A stretch of 64,000 nucleotides of DNA from Lama glama (GCA_028534125.1 CM052817.1:7442001-7506000), one strand, 5' to 3'; counted from the first letter of the stretch, positions 26,110 through 40,229 are shown. Translations and numbers: made by a program. The notes: generated by a model from the sequence alone, not told the origin.

Positions 26110-29100
26110 CTTTTTAATTGAAGTGTAGCTGACATACCATGCTATGTTAATCTCAGGTGTAAAATACAGTAATTCAACTTTTATATGCATTATCAGTTAA
26201 CAACTATGATGTCTAGTAACCATCTGTAACCATACAAAGTTACTGCAGTAATCTTGACTATATTCTCCATGTTGTACAACACAAATGCCCTAGTGATTTA
26301 TTTGTTGTATAACTGAAAGTTTGTGCCTCTTAATTCCCTTCCTCTATTTTCCCAACCCCAACCCTCTTTCCCTCTGTCAATCACNNNNNNNNNNNNNNNN
26401 NNNNNNNNNNNNNNNNNNNNNNNNNNNNNNNNNNNNNNNNNNNNNNNNNNNNNNNNNNNNNNNNNNNNNNNNNNNNNNNNNNNNNNNNNNNNNNNNNNNN
26501 NNNNNNNNNNNNNNNNNNNNNNNNNNNNNNNNNNNNNNNNNNNNNNNNNNNNNNNNNNNNNNNNNNNNNNNNNNNNNNNNNNNNNNNNNNNNNNNNNNNN
26601 NNNNNNNNNNNNNNNNNNNNNNNNNNNNNNNNNNNNNNNNNNNNNNNNNNNNNNNNNNNNNNNNNNNNNNNNNNNNNNNNNNNNNNNNNNNNNNNNNNNN
26701 NNNNNNNNNNNNNNNNNNNNNNNNNNNNNNNNNNNNNNNNNNNNNNNNNNNNNNNNNNNNNNNNNNNNNNNNNNNNNNNNNNNNNNNNNNNNNNNNNNNN
26801 NNNNNNNNNNNNNNNNNNNNNNNNNNNNNNNNNNNNNNNNNNNNNNNNNNNNNNNNNNNNNNNNNNNNNNNNNNNNNNNNNNNNTAACTGTGCCCAGGGG
26901 TTCCTTTTTCTGTACTTCCTAACCGACACTGAATTTGTTTTCTTTTTGGTCGTAGCCACCCCCACAGGTGTGAGGTGACCGTATACTGTGGTTTTGGTTT
27001 GCAGTTCCCTAATGATGAGCGATGTTGTGCATCTTATCGCATGTATGTTGGCATCTGTATGTCTTCTTTGGGAAAATGTCTATTCCAGGCCTCCGCTCAT
27101 TTTTTAATTAGATGGTTTTTTTATGATGAGTTGTTTCAGTTCTTAAATTAACCCCTCATCAGATATATCATTTGCAAATATATTCTTCCACTCAGTAGGT
27201 TACCTTTCCATTTTGTTGATAGTTTCTTTTGCACAAAATCTTTTTTTTTAGTTTGATGGAATCTCATTTCTTTATTTTTGTTTTTGTTGCTGTTGCCTGA
27301 GGACACAGACACAAAAAAAATATATTGCCAAGAACCATATCAAAGAGCACACTGCTTATGTTTTCTTCTAGCAGTTTTATAGTTTGGGGTCTATGATTTA
27401 AGTCCTTGATTCATTTTGAGTTTGTGTTTATATATGGTGTAAGAAAGTGGTCTAGTTTATTCTTTTATATGTAGCTGTCCAGTTTTTCCAGTACCACTTA
27501 CTGAAGAGACTGAGTTTTCCTTACTACAGTTTCTTGATTCCTTTATCATTAATTAACTGACCATCTAAGTACAGGTTTATTTCTAGGCTTTACATTCTAT
27601 TCCATTGCTCTATGTGTCTGTTTTTGTGCCAGAACCATGCAGTTTTGATTACTGCAGCATTGTAGTATAGTTTGAAATCAGGGCACATGATTTCTCCAGC
27701 TTTGTTCTCATTTATTGAGATTGCTTTGGATAGTCTAGGTCTTTTGTGGTTTCATACAAATTTTAGAATTACTTTTCCAATTCTGTAAAAAATGCCATTT
27801 GTATTTTGATTGAGATTACATTAAATCTGAAGATTTCTTTGGGTAGTATGGATATTTAACTGTGAATTCTTCCAATCCATAAGCACATTATCTTTTCATT
27901 TATTTATGTCATCTTTAATTTCTTTTATCAACATCTTATAGTTTTCAGAGTACAAGTATTTCACTTCTTCGGTTAAATTTATTCCTAGTATTTTACTCTT
28001 TTTGATGCAATTATTAAGTGGAATTTTTTTTAATTTCTCTTTCTGATAGTTTAATATTAGTGTATATAAATGTAACAGATTTCCTGTATGTTGAATTTTT
28101 ATCATGCAACTTCACTGAATCTTTTTATTAGTTCTAAAAGGTTTTCATAGAGTCTAGCATTTTCTATGTATAATATCATGTCATCTACAAGCAATGACAG
28201 TTTTATTTCTTCCTTTCCAGTTGGAAGACTTTTATCTTTTTCTTATCTGATTTTTGTGACTATAAGTTCCAATACTGTGTGAAATAAAAGTTGTAAGACT
28301 GATCTTAAAGAAAAAGTTTTCAACTTTTCACCATTAAGTGTTGTTACGAGTGAGTCTGTCATACATGGCTTTAATTACGTTGAAGTATATTCCCTGTGTA
28401 CCCACTTTGTTGAGAGCTTTTATCATGAATGAATGTTGTTTTGTCAACTGCTTTTTCTTCATCCATCAATAATATGTGATTTTTTTTCTTTGTTTTGTTA
28501 ATGTGGTGTCTCAATTTGATTGATTTGTGAATGTTGAACCATCCTTGCATTGCTAGAAGAAATCTCACTAGATCATGGTGTATGCTCCTTTTACTGTATT
28601 GTCAAGTGCAGTTTGCTAATAATCTGTTGAGGATTTTTACACCTATGTTCATCAGGGATATTGGCCTGTATTTTTTTTCTTTTCTTTTTCTCTTTGTAGT
28701 GTATTTATTGGTTTTGGGTATCAGAGTAATGCTGGCCTAATAGAATGAGTTTGAAAATGTTCCTTCCTCTTCAATTTTTTTGAAATAGTTTGAGAAGAAT
28801 AGATATTAACTCTTCTTTAAATGTTTGGTATAAGTTACCTGTGAAGTCATCTGTTACTGGACCTCTGTTTATTAGAAGGTTTTTTTTTTTAATTACTGAT
28901 TCAATTTTATTATCCATTTATATTATCTATTTCTTCCCAAGTCTTGGAAGAGTGTATGCTTCTAAGAATTTATCCATTTCCTCTAGGTTGTCCAATTTGT
29001 TGGTTTACAATTGTTCATTCTCTTATGACACTTTATATTTTCTGTAGTGTCATTTGTAACTTGTCTTCTTTCATTTCTGATTTTATTTATTTGTGCCCTC

Positions 29101-32100
29101 TTTTTTTTCCTTGAATGAGTGGCTAAAGGCTTATCAATTGTGTTTATCTTTTTAAAGAACCAACTCTTAATTTTATTGATATTTCCTATTGTTTTTCTAG
29201 TCTCAATTTTATTTCCCCTCTTATCTTTCTTTTTTTCTATTAACTTTGAGCTCTGTTTGTTTTTTGGGGTTTTTTTTAGTTCTTTTATGTATAAGATTAG
29301 ATTGTTTATTTGAGAATGTTTCTTGTTTCCTGAGGTAGGCCTGTATTGCTATAAACTCCCTCTTAGAACTGCTTTTGTTGTGTCCTATAGATACTTGGAA
29401 CATTGTATGTTAATTTGTCTCAAGGTGGTATTTTTTTTAATTTCTTCTTTGATTTCTTCATTGGCCCACAGATTACTTATTAGCATGTTGGTTAACCTCC
29501 ATGAGTTTGTGTGTATGTTTTGAATTTTCTTGTTGTAATTGATTTCTAGTTTCATACCATTGTGTTTGGAAAAGATGCTTGATGTGGTTTCTATCTTGTT
29601 AATTTTACTGACGCTTCTTTTGTAATCTATCTTGGATGCCTATTCTGGCCTAGCACATACTCTATCCTGGAGAATGTTCCATGTGCACTTGACAATAATG
29701 TGCATTCTGCTGTTTTGGGTTTGAAAATTTCATATATAATTTTTAACTCCATCTTGTCTGTGTCAATTAAGGCCAATGAAATTTTTTTCCTTATTGATCT
29801 TCTAACTGGGTTATCTATAAATTTATGTAAGTGGGTGTTAAAGTTCTTAATATTGTATTACTGTCTTTCTCTCCCTTTACGTCTATTAATATTTGTTTTG
29901 TATATTTAGGTTCTTCTATGCTGGGTGCATACATATTTACAATTGTTATATCCTCTTGTTGGATTGATACCTGTATTATTATGTAATGCCTGTCTTTGTT
30001 TCTTGTTACAGGCTTTGTTTTAAAGTTCATTTTGCCTTATTTAAGTATTGTTACCTCAATTTTCTTCTTGTTTCCATGTGCATGGAATATCTTTGTCATT
30101 CATTCACTTTCATTCTGTGTGTCTTTAGATTTGAAGTGAGTCTCTTATAGGCAATAAATATATATACGGATTTTTTAAAAATCTGTTCAGTGATCCTATG
30201 TCTTTTGATTCAAGGATTTAGTCCATTTACACTAATGTAATTATCAACAGGAATGTACTTACTGCCTTTTTTTTACTAGTGTTCTGTTTGTATAGTTCTT
30301 CTGTGTTCCATTTTTCTTCTCTTTCCTTGTGAATTGATGACTCTAGTGTTATGTTCATATTCTTTTCTATTTTTTGTGTATCTATCTGTTTTAGGTTTTC
30401 AGTTTGTGGTTTTTATGAAGTTCATATATAACAACCTATATATATAAAACATCATATTTTAAGTTGATGATTTTAAGTATACTATAAAAGTACTACATTT
30501 TTATACCTCCTCATATTTTCTGTTTTGACATCATATTTTATGTTTTTATTTTGTATGACACTTAACTAGTTTTTTACATAAATATTATTTTACTACTTTT
30601 GTCTTTTAACCCTCATATTAGCTTTATAGATGTTCCACTACCTTTACTATATGTTTTCCCTTTACCAGTGAGATTTTTGCTCTTATAATTTTCTTGTTTC
30701 TAGTGCAGCTTTTTATTTTCCATTTAAAGAAGTCCCTTTAACATTTCTTGTAAGGCTGGATTAGTGGCAATGAACTCTTTTAGCTTATACTTGTCTGGGA
30801 AACTATTTATCTCTCCTTTAATTCTGAATAATAACCTTGTTAGGTAGAGCATTTTTTGTTATAAGGAGTTTTTCTTTTTTTCTTTTAGCACTTTGAATAT
30901 ACTGTGCCAGTCCCTTCTGTCCTGTACAGTTTCTGCTGAAAAAATCAGCTAATAGTCATAGGGATTCCCGTATTTGTAACCAATTGTTTTCCTCTGGCTG
31001 CTTTTAAGATTCTTTCTTTATCTTTAACTTTTAACATTTTGATTATAATGTGTATTGGTGTGGGTCTGTTTGAGTTTATCTTATTTGGAACACTGTGCTT
31101 CCTGGACTTGTATGTTTCCTTCATCAGGTTAAGAAAACTTTCAGCCATTATTTTTTCAGATAGGTGTTCTGTTCCTTTCTCTCACGTGCTTCTCCTTCTG
31201 ACATCCCTAAAATATGAACGTTAGTATACCTGATGTTGTTCCAGAGGTCTCTTAAACTATCCTCATTTTTGTAAATTTGTTTTTATTCTTACTGCTTCAG
31301 TTGCAGCACTTCTGCTACCCTGCCTTTCAGGTCACTGATTCATTCTGCATCTTCTAATCTGACGTTGATTCATTCTAGTGTATCCTTCATTTCAGTTGTA
31401 TTCTTAGTTCTGATTGGTTATTTTTTATATTTTCTATCTTTTTGTTGAAGCATTCACTGCATTCTTCCAATCACCCCCTCAGTTCAGTAAACATCTTTGT
31501 GACTATTATTCCAAACCCTTTATCTGGTAAACAACTATATTTTTTAGTTTTTTCCTGAGGTTTTGTCTTTTTTTTTTTTTTAATGTGGAAGCTATACCTT
31601 TGTCTCTTCAGTTTGCCAAACTCTCTTTGTTTCTGTGTATTGGTATATCAGCTATGTTTCCCAGACTAGAAAAAGTGGTCTTATGTAAACGGTATCTTGT
31701 GGGGCCTGGTGGCACAATACCCCCTGGTCACTGGGGCCACGTGCTCCAGGGATACCTCTGTGTGGGCTGCATGTGCCCTCCTGTGGTGGTTGGCTGATGA
31801 TTGTTGTAGGCATGCTGGAGGGCCCAGCTGTCTGCTGACTCAACCATGGCTATTGCAAATGCATTGGTGGATGGCGACAGTCCCCACCCTATAAAGCTTG
31901 GCAGCAACTGTTAGCTGAAGGATATTTAAAAAGAGAAGAAAAGAAAAGAAATGGCACCCACCAGAACTTCCATCCCCAGAGAAAGTTCTGTTAGATCCCT
32001 GCCTCTCTGGCACATGCCATAAAATTAGTCAATGAATCTCAATCTCGTATGACTCAGGTGCTCTTCTTGGTGCTGACTCTGCTTTGGAACTTGGAGTGGG

Positions 32101-32525
32101 TGAGCTTCCGTGCAGATTCTGCAACAGCAGGGTCTCAGTTTCCCATAGTCTTCTGCCCACCCTCCATGAGCCCTGATGGTTTTCAGAGCCAGATGTTATG
32201 GAACTTGTCTTCCCAGTGAAGGCCCCTGGGCTGGGGACCCTGATATGGGGCTTAGACCCCTCGTTCCTCAGGGGAGATCTCTGCAGCTGTAACATCCTCC
32301 CTTCTTGCGGGTCTCCATATCGGGAGTGTGGGTTCTGACTAGACTGCATCTCTGCCCCTTCTCCCACCTCCATGTGACCTTTTAAAAATATCCTTTGTTG
32401 TAGAAAATCTGATCTGCTAGACTTCAGATCATTCTTAGAGATATTTGTTCTATATGTATTTGTAGTTTGGGTGTGTCTGTGGGAAAAGGTGAGTTTATAG
32501 TCTTCCTACTCAATCACTGACCTGG
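26110..32525 (-). mobile_element. Near full-length decayed L1 (5' UTR, ORF1, ORF2, 3' UTR)
   Basis: ORF1p NRPTPIHIIIKMLKVKDKERILKAARGK (30945-31148); endonuclease SIQQEDITIVNMYAP (29815-30030); RT MQGWFNIHKSI..HHINK (28371-28568); many stops and frameshifts. Confidence 0.97.
26385..26884. other. Assembly gap (500 N)
   Basis: Run of N inside the L1. Confidence 1.
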
Positions 32526-33229
32526 ACTCTCAGGCTCTGAGATTCTGCTTTTTGAGGACTATTAACTAACACTAGGTTCTATAACTCATGAGAGGAAAAA
32601 GTTAAAGTGGAATCTAGAAACACCTGAATAAAGGAATCTGCTATGGTCAAAAACAGATCTGGGATGGTGGTCAGTCCAGAAGTTCAATATACATTATAAT
32701 GAAAAGTTTTACTTTACTTAAACTGAATTTAACGTCCAAGGATGCCCAACAGCATGGGCAGGTGCAGATATACTGAAATAGGGAGTTCTTGGTGGAAAGG
32801 ATGTATCATTCATGGAGGTGGTGATGAGGTGTTTCTCAGAGGTCGTCCTATTTTCAAATGAACATCTAGCTAGGCATGAAAATCATAAAGCTGTCAGAAA
32901 GGAGAATGGAATGGTGGTTAGGGCTGTGAAGAGCCTCATTCCCTTGCATCAGGCAGGGCTCTTAGAGTAAGAAACATGACAGACTGTCAAACATGCTTGA
33001 AGTCACCCAAGTAAATGAAGAAACATAAATCATAATTGTATACACACTGTAAAATCGTCAAATGACAGAGAAATATAATCAAGATAGAAAATAAAAGTAA
33101 CAGACAAGTATACACAGTGTGGTTTAGCTCAAATCTTGATGGAACTTTGCTGTCATTATTTCATAGAGATACCACCATGGTCATAGTCAAACAATAGGAC
33201 CCCTCCTTCCAAGAATTCTAAATTTTATA

Positions 33230-33336
33230 TGTGTGTGTGTGTGTGTGTGTATGTGTGTATGTGTGTGTATGTGTGTGCATGTGTGTGTGTGTGTATGTGT
33301 GTGCATGTGTGTGTGTGTGTGTGTATGTGTGTGTGT
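33230..33336 (+). repeat. Interrupted (TG)n microsatellite
   Basis: Direct reading; TA and CA interruptions. Confidence 0.98.
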
Positions 33337-33846
33337 AAGACTTCTATATCAGTCACTGAGAATATTGAGACCTAGTATCCTGGAGATGATTCCAAACTAT
33401 GAAAGATGCCAGTTCTCAGCCAAGTGGCCTGGGGTGTAGGGCAGTGCCAGTGAGAAACCAGACTACGAAGCAGGACCCAAGACAGAAGCCTCCTTGGATA
33501 GAGTGGTGCACAGTTTGGGAGACTGCAACTCAATGGGTGAAGAATTTACCCAAGGCAAACAAGACAATGAACCTGTGACAACATAGAGTCACAGATCTCA
33601 TGAGCTATATGGGAAAAACGATGCTGAGACATAAACTATTATGTCGAAGACTTCTCATGATCTGTGTGATGGAGGGAGGGCAGTAAGGGGTCACAGCACC
33701 TGCTTAATAAAGCTGGGGAGGTCAGGGCCTGAGGACACTCAGCCAGCGTCACAGCTTTGCACATCAACAGTGCACAGCGCGAGTCTGTTAGAGAGATGTC
33801 TGCCATCCACCACATCACTGAGCAGCCATCCTTTAAGGGAAAAGGG

Positions 33847-34055
33847 CAGTGATTCTCCATTTGTGGTGATTCTGTCCCCAAGAAGACACTTCACAATGTC
33901 TGAAAACATTTCTGATTGCCACAACTAGAAAGGTTGTCCCTGGCCTCTCTTGAGCAGAGAACAGAGATACTGATAAACATCACACAGCATCCTGCAGCCC
34001 CCGTAACGAAATTCATCTGACCCCGTATCAGTAGCGCTGAGGCTGAGAAATCCTT
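33847..34055 (+). mobile_element. MER20 hAT-Charlie DNA transposon
   Basis: cagtgattctcc...caatgtctgaaaacatttctgattgccacaact...cagtagcgctgaggctgagaaatcct. Confidence 0.9.
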
Positions 34056-34685
34056 ACTGGGGCAATGTTGACAAGCTTCTCAGAAATTCTCAGTGAGGAA
34101 GAGAAAAGGGACTCTCTACATAAAGACAGGCGGGGTGGGAGTTATCCTTCACAAGCACCTGCTGTGTGAGGTCCAGCACACAGCTCCCCTTCGGCCTCAC
34201 AAGTGAGAGTCCATGACGACATCACTTTAGAGAAAAGGAAATAGAGTTTCAGGAAGAGAAGCAACTACCCAACAAATAACTCATTTTATCTGGGACTTAA
34301 ATCTTTTAGGTACAAGACTCAACGCTGAGATGTCACTAGGGAAAAATGCATATTGTTTTCTAGTTTCAAGTTGGAAATCATTTTCATCGATCACTTATAA
34401 TTTTTACCAAGGCAGGAAAATGTCACTGTGCTCATGACTGGCTTTGTGTGTCAATAATTTTAGTCTGATTTTACTCATTTTTAATAAATGTAGACATCAT
34501 GCTACTAGCATGCTCATTTAAACAAAGTTTATTTAACACTGAAATATGAGGAATAGCTTTATCAGAGAGGTAGGACTATAGGCTACTTCTATGACTATCT
34601 AATATTTTTCCTGAATTTTGCAACTTTTTTACAATAAGCAAACATTTGAAACTGTAAAGTTGCCAAATAGGTATATTTTAATGTG

Positions 34686-34687
<2 letters not shown>

Positions 34688-34721
<34 letters not shown>
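34688..34721 (+). repeat. (TA)17 microsatellite
   Basis: Direct reading. Confidence 0.98.
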
Positions 34722-34726
<5 letters not shown>

Positions 34727-36824
34727 GTATATGTATATAATTATTTGAAGAAATAGAGTCAGTTGCATGTAAGATAGAGTCTCATTTATTTTGGGATTAC
34801 ATAGATTTGTTGGCCATGAAATCTAATATTCAATTTCACTGAATATCACAAACATTTCCTTATATGTTACATAAAATAGAGGGGGTGGCGGAGAAAACAT
34901 GGCACACAGTTTTTGCCTCCAAGGAACTTGCAAAATACGTTTTGACCAAACAATGCAAATATTTGGAGTGCTTTATCTTCAGAACTGCCCGTGAAGTTTC
35001 TATGCATAATCCCTCAGCCAATTATAATTCCAACTTTTCCACAAATATTTTATCCACCATTATGGGGTGTAGTATCCACTCCCACAGCACGTTGCTGGAA
35101 TTTCTGATGTAACATTCTAGCTGCCTCATTATCAGTCTCCTTCCCAAAATTATGAGTCTCAAAGGCAGGTTTTTATGCTTATTCAACTATATATTCCCTT
35201 ATTACCTAATGCAATGTCTTGAACCTAGTAGAGAGTCAACAAATGCTTGCTTAGTTGAAATAATTCCAGCCCTGAGGCCAAGTGCTCACAAATTTCCATA
35301 ATCTCAGAGAAGGGACAGGTGTGGGGGTGTTGCAAAGAGTGCCTGTGCTTAGCAGGCAAGTTTATAATCGGGGTTAGTGGCCTCTACTTTCAATTTACCT
35401 GATTTTTCTACAGCATCAACTCTTTTTCTTAAATAATTCCTTGTTTACATTCGAAGATCAAAACTCTTTCAATTTGAAGCCTTGCCTACACACACATTTA
35501 TGAGCTGTACTCACAAAATGCTCAGGAACATTAAAATTTCCTGACATGAAAAATGTGTTGCACCACAAGGTTTTTAAGACGCATCAGGTAAATAAATATG
35601 TAGCTCACTGGCAGAGCAGTGCTAGATTACGGGTTAGACGTCTGTGACCCAAAGTTTAACAGGGCATCCGACAGGTGTGAATAAAATCCATAGGAACAAT
35701 GAGTGAAGCCTGCCATCTACAGGCCCCTAGGTGTATCACCACGTTAAGTGTCAGACTTTGAATCCAAGAAGGCGTAATAAGTTTTGGATAATACTTGGTG
35801 ATGGGCTCTCAAAGAGACAATTCGGTGCTGAATTATTTGGAGCAAGTCCTTCAAGGTAAGTAGATAAGCAAAAAGTTAAAACTGTCTAAAGTGCAATGCT
35901 CCCCTCCACCTGGTTCCCTGCGAAATCATTACTTTACAAAATTGAAGATGACAAACTTTGTGCACCTCCTTCTTTCACTTTCATCATGATGCTCTGCTCC
36001 TTTCTGACTTGTAATTATCTCTACATATTTCTATCTTCCTAGGAGTTGGTTAATTCCTACAGTTCAGGGGACCCTTAAATTCATCTCGGTATGTCCTCTT
36101 GCCTGGCCCAGTGTCTCACATGTGCAGATATTCCACAAAGATTTGAGGTGTAAATGACTCAGGGAATGAATAAATAGATGAATGGAAAAATGAATCAATA
36201 AACATATTGTTTTTTGGTCTGCTTGTTCCAAATAACATAAAAATTTGTGAATAAAAAATTGTGACTTAATATATATGAACACATAGAGGTCTATGTATAA
36301 ATATGAATATATGGATGTGTACACATATGTGTGTATATATACATATATATACATATACACACACATGTACAAATCTCTGTGTGTACAGTCAGTTGTTTTG
36401 CAACTTCTGTCATAAATCAAGGTTTAAACTTTTTATTAAAGTCCTGATCCTTATATTTAAGATCCTATAAATTCAAATTTAGGGTCTTGGCTATGTTATT
36501 TTATCACACAGAATGTTCTGACAGATTCATTTTATTTATAAAGCAAACATGGTACAGGGAACATAGTTATTGCTTCTCATTTATTTCGTCCTTTCTTCGC
36601 TTGACCAGACAGCTCTAGTCAGAGGAAATGAGAGCCAAGGAAAAATGTTTAGATTATTATGGAGATTGAATAAAAACGAAGGTGAAGAAGTAAGATAAAT
36701 ATTGTTTCTCCTAAGAGAACTGGTTTCTCTTTCCACTTTTCTATCAATACAACCTTGGGGAAATTTTTTGAATTTTTAACCTTCAATTATCTTTAAAAAT
36801 CAAAGACCAATATTCATTTTTCAC

Positions 36825-37050
36825 TGCTGTGTTTCAGGCACTGTGCTTGGCAGTTCCATGAATTTTCACATTTAATCAGCCTAACAGCCCCAGATTAGGG
36901 AGGCACCTACTGATACACCCATTTTATGGACCATGAAACTGAGTCTCAGAGAGAGAATTTCTGCAGGGTTGAAATAATATTACATTGCAAGAGGTACACT
37001 GGAACCAGCTCGCACTGGCTTGTAAGAGCCGACTCTGTGTTCAGGGATGT
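36825..37050 (-). mobile_element. MIR SINE
   Basis: caggcactgtgcttgg ... cccattttatggaccatgaaactgagtctcagagag. Confidence 0.8.
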
Positions 37051-37799
37051 CGCTTTGGTAGCTTGCCAGTCACACTGGAAATTGTTTATGACATGGAAAT
37101 CAACAATGGCTGGGAACCAGCCCTGGTCCCTGCCCCAAGAGCCAGCTGTTAGACGTGTACCAGCACACCACTGCTTATGGAGCAATAATAAAAATTCCAG
37201 AATCTTGACTCCAAAATAAACCACAGTATCTAAGACTTACGAGATTGACCATTTAAGATTTACTTAGAAATGTACAGTTGATAAAATAACTTTTTATGCT
37301 TATACAAGTTCAACAAAGTGAATCTGATTTCCATCTCACTTTCTTCCTCCCCGTTTTCTCCCCCTCTCTTTTTCTCCCCACTTGTCACAGCCACTGCAAC
37401 ACACCGAGGCCCTGCTGTGGCCTCAGTACTTGACATAAACTGCAATATTGACAACACTGAGGGAAACGAGGTTTGGATCAGGCAAAGGATTTCGACAAAA
37501 CCATGAATTAACTAAGCATGGAGCCCTGAATCCAAAATAAATTTCCCTCCCTTTTATCTGCTATGTGAGCCTCATGTTTAATTCCCAGACCTGACCTCTC
37601 CAGTTCCTTCTTCTGAGAGGGTCTAGAGACCCTCCTCCTTCCTTTCATTTATTTCTTCAACAAATATCTCACCACAGAGTATGTGCACACACTGTTCCAG
37701 GTGCTCAAGATGCAACAGTAAGGTCAGGAGGGGCGTCCGCCCTTGGAACTTTCCTCCTCGTGGGGACAGAGAGGGCAGACGCAGCAGCAAGTCAGAACA

Positions 37800-38022
37800 G
37801 GAATGGGGTCCAGCACGAAGAAGTGGGTTTGAATTCTGTGGCCCCCTCTTTCTAACTGTGTGACCTTGGACAAGTTACTTAACCTCTTTGTGCCTCAGTT
37901 TCCAATTATCTGTTAAAAGGGAATAATAATAAGACTTGTGTCTTAAAGTTGTTGTGAGGAGTAAACTCTATAATGTTAGAGCCTGGTACGTGGTAAGTGC
38001 CCAGTATATGTTAGCTACTATT
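37800..38022 (+). mobile_element. MIR SINE inserted in minus-strand L2 fragments (about 37640-38420)
   Basis: ctgtgtgaccttggacaagttacttaacctctttgtgcctcagtttcc is close to the MIR core consensus. Confidence 0.92.
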
Positions 38023-38979
38023 CTTAAAGAATCAATTTAATTACAGCCTGCAGGTAGAGCTCTGAAGGAGACACTAAACACTGAGTCTGGGGTGAAGGTG
38101 GGTTATTTTAGAGAAAAGTAATCAATAAAGTCTTCTCTGACAAATTGATTAGAGGATGAAAAGGTGTCTATCTTAGCATTAGATGAAGGAAGAACGTTTC
38201 TAGGATAAGGGACTGAACTGCTAAGCTCTGGTGTGAGGAAGTATTTAATATTCAAGGAAATGCTAGAGGTCGGTGTGCCGGAAGCTCAGGCAGAATGGAA
38301 GGAGGTGAGCATTCCCTGGCCCTTAGAGACCTAAGCACGTGAGGCCCTGATGACAGCCTTATGGACTCAGCATTTTGTTCTAAAAGCAAAGGAAAATTTG
38401 AAGCATTTCTTTCTGGTTTTCCTGTTTCAGGTCTGCTTTCCATGTAGAAATCAGTCTTCTCAACCCCTCCCTTCCTTGTGACCCGTGGTTAAGGATCCCA
38501 GGGTCTACCCAGCTTTAGAGACTTACCGTAATTTCTTTGGTGAAAATTTCGAGATAATGAGCAATCATTTGGAAATTGACCATATTACCAAAATATCCCC
38601 CCAAATTCTTTATGCCTTGGACCTTTGCCTTTCGTTTCTAATCTCTTGGCTTCAATAGATCATTTGGACCCGAAACCCACTGCTAGTTCCTGCAAATGCG
38701 TGCATTCGTGTAACTTCTAGAGAGAGTAGCTTTCCATAGTTTTCGTCAAATCTCAGCAGGTTTTGGACTTAAGAAAAATTGAATGCTATGGATTTAAATT
38801 GTCTAAAAGCCCACACAGCACTTGTTTTTATGCTCTCATTTCCCAGCAGCCTCCCGTAGGACTCAGGGGAAGACAGTTAGAATGTCTCTGATCCCAAGTG
38901 AGGAACCTGGCTGGGAGGGACTTTCAGTCTTGACGACCCATCTCTTCTTTCCAAGGCTCCCCTTTCAATTCAGCAGCAA

Positions 38980-39735
38980 CCGGCTGAGGGCGTCTCTCCG
39001 GGACAGCATTATTATTAGTCCCCTCGTTTTACCTTCTCTTCGGACCGACCGGGAAAGACCGTATCATCAGTCTTGTGCTTGTTCCACTTGCCCTGATGCC
39101 CCGAGAGCGGCTCGGTGGGCCAGCGCTGGCTTCCTGGGCCGCCGCGACGCTCCCTTCTCGTCTACCTGCTCGTCCCCCTGACAGAGAGAAGAGCCGGCGT
39201 AAGGCTGTCCGTCAGCGCGTTTACAACAGAGAAGCCGGCGTAACCTGGAGAAGGCCAGGGCCGCTTGCGTCTCCGCGGAGCCGCAGCTCCTCCGCAGCAG
39301 CGAGCGCCCGCCTGGCTCCCCAGCGTGGGGGAGGGCAGTGCAACGCCAGGGAGGGGCGGCGGCTCAAACGCTCCCCTACGTTGCCAAGCCCAAGGTGCCC
39401 ACGCAGCTGGCGTCCGCACGCGGTCCACTGGAGAGCCAGGCTGCCTGGCCGTGGCCACACCCGCACCTCCAGATCCAGGCAGGCACAACACGCCAGCCCC
39501 AAAGGGGAGATCAAGACAAGCAAGAGACACCAGCGAGTCGACAGGCGACAGGGGCGGAACACAACCCCCCACTGGTGTCTGGGCAGCATTTTCATGCACT
39601 CTAGAGCCGACTGCGGGATGAACTTGTCCTCTCTAAGCTCCACTGTCCCAGACAGGCAGCACGCTCCCTTTACCCAGATTGCAGACAGGCGACGAAAGCC
39701 CTTAGCGAGTGCCTGTGCGTAGCTGCTGCACGTGA
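38980..39735. promoter_or_regulatory. CpG island, probable promoter or regulatory element
   Basis: About 60 CpG in ~750 bp by hand count, in a CpG-depleted window; GC boxes GGGGCGG near 39353 and 39551; E-boxes CAGCTG and CACGTG; no interspersed repeat recognised. Confidence 0.85.
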
Positions 39736-40229
39736 AGAACTGTGATTGTTTTGTCAAAAAGAAAAGAAAAAGAAAAAAGTCACATGAAGAAAGTTAAGCA
39801 TCCAAAATGGTGAAATAAGGTATTCCGGTGACCCCATACGTTTCCCAAGAGGATTAGCAAGAATTTGAAAAATCTCCTCCCAGTTGTCTCATTTCCCATG
39901 TCTGTTCTTAGCCTCACGAACCACCCCATCCACACACTCTTCCCTGTGTCTTCCTCCCCAATCCAACTAGTCACGTGCCTTGCTTCTTTCATGGTTCTCT
40001 ATGTCACCCATTATTCAAGAGAGGTGACATTATCACGGGGGGTGCGAGGGAAGGAATTTGGGGAAGGGATGGGGCCCCTCACATGTTACTTACTCCCGCT
40101 TTCATCACACTGGTGCTGGGAGGGCGAAATCTCCACAGTGTGGATAACACCCTTGAACCCGTAAGTTAGTCATTTTTCAGAATGTTCCTTGTTTCCTCCT
40201 CCCCATCCTCCTCTTCTTGCTCTCCTTCT

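Noticed and set aside
26321..26965. Long ORFs of 188-199 aa
   Set aside because: They run through the 500-N gap; the same applies to 61152-61869
33233..33439. Cys/Val repeat ORF
   Set aside because: Translation of the (TG)n microsatellite
35598..35645. tRNA A-box-like tagctcactggcagagca
   Set aside because: No convincing B-box, cloverleaf, tail or TSD
39075..39757. Overlapping 88-215 aa ORFs on both strands
   Set aside because: Expected from stop-codon scarcity in a GC-rich island; Arg/Pro/Ala-rich with no recognisable domain
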